From contig NC_088802.1 in the NCBI RefSeq assembly GCF_011386835.1, positions 2,108,001-2,172,000 of the forward strand: 64,000 nucleotides of DNA, written 5' to 3'. The translations under genes were made by a program, and so were the position numbers. Positions 59,901 to 64,000 of this stretch are shown piece after piece (position 1 is the first letter of the stretch; the number at the start of each line of letters is the position of its first letter). The notes below the pieces were generated by a model. That model searched no databases. It had not been told where the DNA came from and was given only the letters and a program-made list of their open reading frames with translations. The DNA comes from Chrysemys picta bellii (Eukaryota).

Positions 59901-62900
59901 ATGACAGGAATACAGTCCAAGACAGGTCTTGCAGGCACTGACAACAGGGACCCCCTCAGTTAGGTCCATCTTGGGGTCCCCGGGCATCCCAGCCCAGCCC
60001 CCCTTGGGAGGTCAGAGCCATCTCTGCCTCCCAGCCATCTCTCCAGCCTGCTTCCAGCACACTGCCTTCAGCGACCCCTCCCACAGCCTTTTTTCAGTTT
60101 CCCGGGCTCAGGAGTCACCTGGCCTTCAACCCCTTCCTGGGTTCTCATGTTACAAGCTCAGGAATGCGCCCCCGGGCAGATCCCATCCTCCAATGCAGAC
60201 TATCCCAGCACACTCCCCTGTCAGCATTCACACACCACAGTGAGAACAGGCCCAGTTCGTCACATCTCTCCCCCCTTCGAGACCGAACTGAGCAGGGTCA
60301 CTTTAGCCAGTGACCTGGGGAAGTTCGAACCTACCCCCGTTCCCATGGATGCCCCCGCATCCCTCCCATTCCTTGGTGAGAATTACACCAGGCCCCTCCA
60401 GTTTCACGCCCCCCCTTAGGTTGGGGTTGCTTGATGGCACTCGCAGTTCGCATGTGGGAAGGTTTATGCGGCCTGTGCCCTTTTCCCACCCCCATACCTC
60501 TGGGGCTCCAACTGGGCTGTGGTCTTCTCCCAGCGCTCCAGTCTGGAGGTCTGTGCTTTGGGCTCTCTTGGTTTAGAGCCGCCCTTTTTACCTTGGCCAC
60601 CCTCCGAAAAGGCTCCTCTATGCTGGGCAAGGGTCCTAAAGCTGTCTTCCCCTTGTCCCAGGCCTTCCTCCCCCTCTGACAGGGGTCACAGGATCCGCAG
60701 TACTGTCGGACAGTAACAAAGACCCCAGGCCAGTAAAAGCTCCGTAGCAGCCTCTGCTGGGTACGCCAGGTTCCCTGGTGCCCTGCGAGGGGAATGTCAT
60801 GGGCCCGGCACAGCAGCTGGCGGCGATACTTCTGGGGTACCACCAGCTGCCTCCTGATCCCCCCTGACTCCATTTTCCCTGGGGGAGCCCATTCTCGGTA
60901 CAGGAACCCCTTCTCCCACAGGAACCTTTTCCGGCCACCTCGTCCCATGGTCTGTACCGCATTGAGGTCGGCCAGGTCCCTTATCTTCCGCAAGGAGGGA
61001 TCTCTCTGTAACTCGGCCTGGAACTCAGCAGCTGGGACGGGGATGGCCACCTGCTCTTTCTCACCCGCTGGGTCCGAAGCTGCAGCCTCCCTGAGCCGCG
61101 TCCCTGGGCGTTCCCTCCCCACCAGGTTAGGGTCCTGCACCTCAGGCAAGGCACCCCCCCCAAGGCCAGGGCGCAGTGCCCCTCGCCGGCTCTGACCGCG
61201 GGTCACAACTAAGGCGGTCTGGGGGCTGCTTGGCCAGTCCTCTAGGTCCCCCCCCATCAACACCTCAGTGGGCAAATGGTGGTGCACTCCCACGTCCTTG
61301 GGGCCCTCCTTGGCCCCCCATTTCAGGTGTACCCTCGCTACGGGAACCTTGAATGGGGTCCCGCCCACCCCGGTCAGGGTCAGGAAGGTGTTGGGCACCA
61401 CCCGATCTGGGGCCACCACCTCGGGCCGGGCCAGTGTCACCTCTGCGCCCGTGTCCCAGTAACCATAAACTTTCTTCCCATCCACCTCCAGGGGAACAAG
61501 GCACTCGCTCCGCAGGGACAGCCCCGCGCCAACCCTGTAAACGGAGAACTTTGAATCCGGGGCATCTGACCCCCCAGAGAAGCTAGCCTGGGGCTCTCCT
61601 CCCTCCTTAGCAGGTGGTACTCTGCCAGCCCCCCTTCCCTGGGAATGCTGCCTCTCGCCGGGCTGGGTCTCTACCCAGTCAACCCTCTGTGGGTTCGGCC
61701 TGCTCAGTCTGTCCCTGAGCCTGGGGCACTGGGCCCGTATGTGGCCCTTTTGGCCACAGTGGTAGCAGCCCATGTCCCATGGGACCCCTTGAGTGGGTCG
61801 GATGGTCCTGATGCCGGATGTTCCCCTCTGATGGGGTTTTTCTGTATTTTCCCACGGGGAGGTCCCATGGTGACTCTCTCTCTGCGTTGTGGTGGGATTG
61901 CTCCTTTGGGACTCCTCCCTTTTATCTCCTGACCGGCTCTTTACGAACTCATCGGCCAGCCGGCCTGCCTGTCGCGGGTTCTCTGGCTTTCTGTCCACCA
62001 ACCACAGCCTCAGGTCAGATGGGCACCGCTCATACAGTTGCTCCAGTACCAGCAGTTTGACCAGGTCCTCCTTCGTCTGGGCCCCATCAGCCCACTTGCT
62101 GGCGTATCCTTCCATGCGGGCGGCTAGTTGCAGATATGAGATCTCAGGGGTTTTATCCTGACTCCGGAACCTTTCCCGGTACATCTCAGGCGTCAGCCCA
62201 AACTCTCGTAGCAGGGCCTTTTTGAATAGTTCGTAGTCCCCTTTCTCTGCCTCTTCCAGTTGGCGGTACAATGCCACGGCTTTGGGGTCCAGTAAGGGGG
62301 TAAGGACCCGGAGTCTGTCCGCGGGATCAACCCGGTGCAGCTCGCAGGCCGTCTCAAAGGCCTCCAGGAAGTCATCCATGTCCTCCCCCTCCTTGTATGG
62401 GGCCATGATGCACTTATCAAAGCTCCGTGCAGTCCTGGGTCCCCCCTCACTCACCGCAGCCGGGGGTTCGCTGCCCTTCAATCTCGCCAGTTCCAGGTCA
62501 TGCTGACGCTGTCTCTCATTCTCCTCCCGTTCATGCTGATGCTGTCTCTCTTTCTCCTCCCGTTCACGCTGATGCTGTCTCTCTTTCTCCTCCCGTTCAC
62601 GCTGATGCTGTCTCTCTTTCTCCTCCCGTTCACGCTGACGCTGTCTCTCTTCATGCTGTCTCTGTCGTTCCCGATCCTCCAGCTCTCTCAGTTTTAGCTC
62701 TTTCTCCCATTCCAGCCAATTCCGCTCCACGGATGCCGAACGTCGCCGGGAGGCTCCTCTGCTGGCCGGCGGGCTTCGCCGGGGGGACCCCCTGCTGGCC
62801 GGGGGGATCACGGCGCCTTCGGTATTTGCTGGGCTCCTCCCCACCCTTCCCCTAGGCATAGGAAGGAGGGGTCTCGGGAAGCCCTCAGCAGCCGGCTGAC

Positions 62901-64000
62901 CACTCCCAGCCGGGACAGACACTGGTGCCTGCGCTGCATTTGCCAGGCTGCTTCCCTGAGACACAGGGATCAGTTCATTCGCGCGATCTTCCGCCTCCAG
63001 CTGGGCGATGAGCTGTTCTTTGGTGAGCCTCCCAATGCGCAGCCGCCTCTGCTTGCACAGCTCCACCAGGTCGCTCTTAAGCCGCTTGGCATACATCTTC
63101 CTGCTGGCCACTCACCGGCCTGTGTGCTCACAGCTCCCCACAGTTCCCAGGGGGACCCCTAGTGTGCCAGCCCTTCTCGAGGTCACCACCTCTCTGCCAG
63201 GGTCGAGCTGCAGACTCCTCCGCCCCTGGGACCACTCGCTGCGATCCCACGGGGGACCCTGTTACTGCAAAAGTCCTTCTCGCTGGTCACACACTCCCAG
63301 GGGTAATAACCGTCTCTCTCCCACTCTTCAGCTGGCCTGGTCCCCGTCAATCCCCCTTCGTTTTACTGCTCCCCAGTCACTTACTGCAGGAAGCGCCGTC
63401 CACGGGGTGCAGTAGATCCCGCCGCTGCCACCAGTTGTCACGGAGTATTGGGGAACTCAGGGCCCTGCACCCCTGGCTCCCTGCGATTCACCATGACTCT
63501 CAGCCAGCCAGTAAAGCAGAAGGTTTATTTGGATGACAGGAATACAGTCCAAGACAGGTCTTGCAGGCACTGACAACAGGGACCCCCTCAGTTAGGTCCA
63601 TCTTGGGGTCCCCGGGCATCCCAGCCCAGCCCCCCTTGGGAGGTCAGAGCCATCTCTGCCTCCCAGCCATCTCTCCAGCCTGCTTCCAGCACACTGCCTT
63701 CAGCGACCCCTCCCACAGCCTTTTTTCAGTTTCCCGGGCTCAGGAGTCACCTGGCCTTCAACCCCTTCCTGGGTTCTCATGTTACAAGCTCAGGAATGCG
63801 CCCCCGGGCAGATCCCATCCTCCAATGCAGACTATCCCAGCACACTCCCCTGTCAGCATTCACACACCACAGTGAGAACAGGCCCAGTTCGTCACACCCT
63901 GGTTCACGAAGGTCTCACAGTCCTCCAGAGCCCCGCTGTCCTCCGAGCGTCCCCCGGCGAGACCATGACACTCAGCTGCTCCTTCGAGAAGAGACAGGGC
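56996..64000 (+). CDS. NCR3-like: NKp30/NCR3-like receptor gene 5 (partial, runs off the window), with a Gypsy insertion in intron 1
   Basis: Leader exon 56996..57062 [23 protein letters not shown] exon starts at 63912: [30 protein letters not shown]. Signalling type and intactness cannot be seen. Confidence 0.7.
57090..57290. repeat. 43-bp VNTR in intron 1 of gene 5
   Basis: About 5 copies of the same unit. Confidence 0.85.
58175..59085 (-). mobile_element. CR1 LINE fragment in intron 1 of gene 5
   Basis: Inverted paralog of 9303-10248. Confidence 0.85.
59356..63896 (-). mobile_element. Young non-autonomous Gmr1-type Gypsy LTR retrotransposon with an extra inverted LTR
   Basis: 5' LTR 63436-63896 and 3' LTR 59804-60264 are both 461 bp and identical by eye. 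Inverted LTR copy 59356-59800. PBS TGGTGGCAGCGGCGGGATC matches the recalled vertebrate tRNA-Leu 3' end with about 1 mismatch. PPT AAGGGGGGAGAGA. TSD CCCTG at 59351-59355 and 63897-63901. Confidence 0.95.
60331..63096 (-). CDS. Gypsy Gag-protease-truncated integrase polyprotein (no integrase core, RT or RNase H)
   Basis: Open frame from the ATG at 63096. Contains a coiled coil with [11 protein letters not shown] repeats, a SCAN-like capsid ([24 protein letters not shown]), [18 protein letters not shown], protease WDTGA, and then the integrase zinc-binding H..H..CDPC directly, which is the Gmr1 order. It breaks after EEPFRRVA. Confidence 0.9.
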   Translation of the reverse strand: MYAKRLKSDLVELCKQRRLRIGRLTKEQLIAQLEAEDRANELIPVSQGSSLANAAQAPVSVPAGSGQPAAEGFPRPLLPMPRGRVGRSPANTEGAVIPPASRGSPRRSPPASRGASRRRSASVERNWLEWEKELKLRELEDRERQRQHEERQRQREREEKERQHQREREEKERQHQREREEKERQHQHEREENERQRQHDLELARLKGSEPPAAVSEGGPRTARSFDKCIMAPYKEGEDMDDFLEAFETACELHRVDPADRLRVLTPLLDPKAVALYRQLEEAEKGDYELFKKALLREFGLTPEMYRERFRSQDKTPEISYLQLAARMEGYASKWADGAQTKEDLVKLLVLEQLYERCPSDLRLWLVDRKPENPRQAGRLADEFVKSRSGDKREESQRSNPTTTQRESHHGTSPWENTEKPHQRGTSGIRTIRPTQGVPWDMGCYHCGQKGHIRAQCPRLRDRLSRPNPQRVDWVETQPGERQHSQGRGAGRVPPAKEGGEPQASFSGGSDAPDSKFSVYRVGAGLSLRSECLVPLEVDGKKVYGYWDTGAEVTLARPEVVAPDRVVPNTFLTLTGVGGTPFKVPVARVHLKWGAKEGPKDVGVHHHLPTEVLMGGDLEDWPSSPQTALVVTRGQSRRGALRPGLGGGALPEVQDPNLVGRERPGTRLREAAASDPAGEKEQVAIPVPAAEFQAELQRDPSLRKIRDLADLNAVQTMGRGGRKRFLWEKGFLYREWAPPGKMESGGIRRQLVVPQKYRRQLLCRAHDIPLAGHQGTWRTQQRLLRSFYWPGVFVTVRQYCGSCDPCQRGRKAWDKGKTALGPLPSIEEPFRRVAKVKRAALNQESPKHRPPDWSAGRRPQPSWSPRGMGVGKGHRPHKPSHMRTASAIKQPQPKGGRETGGAWCNSHQGMGGMRGHPWERG

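Noticed and set aside
63405-63435. tRNA gene
   Set aside because: Only the roughly 18-nt primer-binding site of the retrotransposon; no cloverleaf or A/B boxes.

Overview
Vertebrate genomic DNA, most likely a turtle MHC-type region. The species call rests on CR1 LINE tails, a Penelope-like repeat and GC-rich GAGCCAGGACTCCTGGGTTC satellites, and is inference. The window is a patchwork of direct and inverted segmental duplications carrying three immune gene families. (1) Five NKp30/NCR3-like single V(J)-type Ig receptor genes: two apparently intact inhibitory genes (uncharged TM, cytoplasmic ITIM LHYAEI), one apparently intact activating gene (TM arginine, short tail), one activating-type pseudogene, and one gene running off the right edge with a very young Gypsy insertion in intron 1. 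(2) One apparently intact CD1 gene (six exons, YQDV tail motif) plus CD1 relics. (3) Three 5'-truncated MHC class II beta fragments, each directly behind a CD1 copy. Main highlight: a paired activating/inhibitory NKp30-like system. The adjacent activating (38.4-41.6 kb) and inhibitory (42.7-46.4 kb) genes have V exons differing at only 2 of 113 residues, and a second ectodomain type also occurs in both signalling forms. Other highlights: a Gmr1-type Gypsy integrant with a third, fold-back LTR and two U3 ends inside a 5-bp TSD; an older Gypsy whose two halves enclose about 18 kb of receptor genes; and a duplicated X-X2-Y (SXY-like) module upstream of CD1. All exon models and alignments were read by eye, and novelty was not checked against any database.
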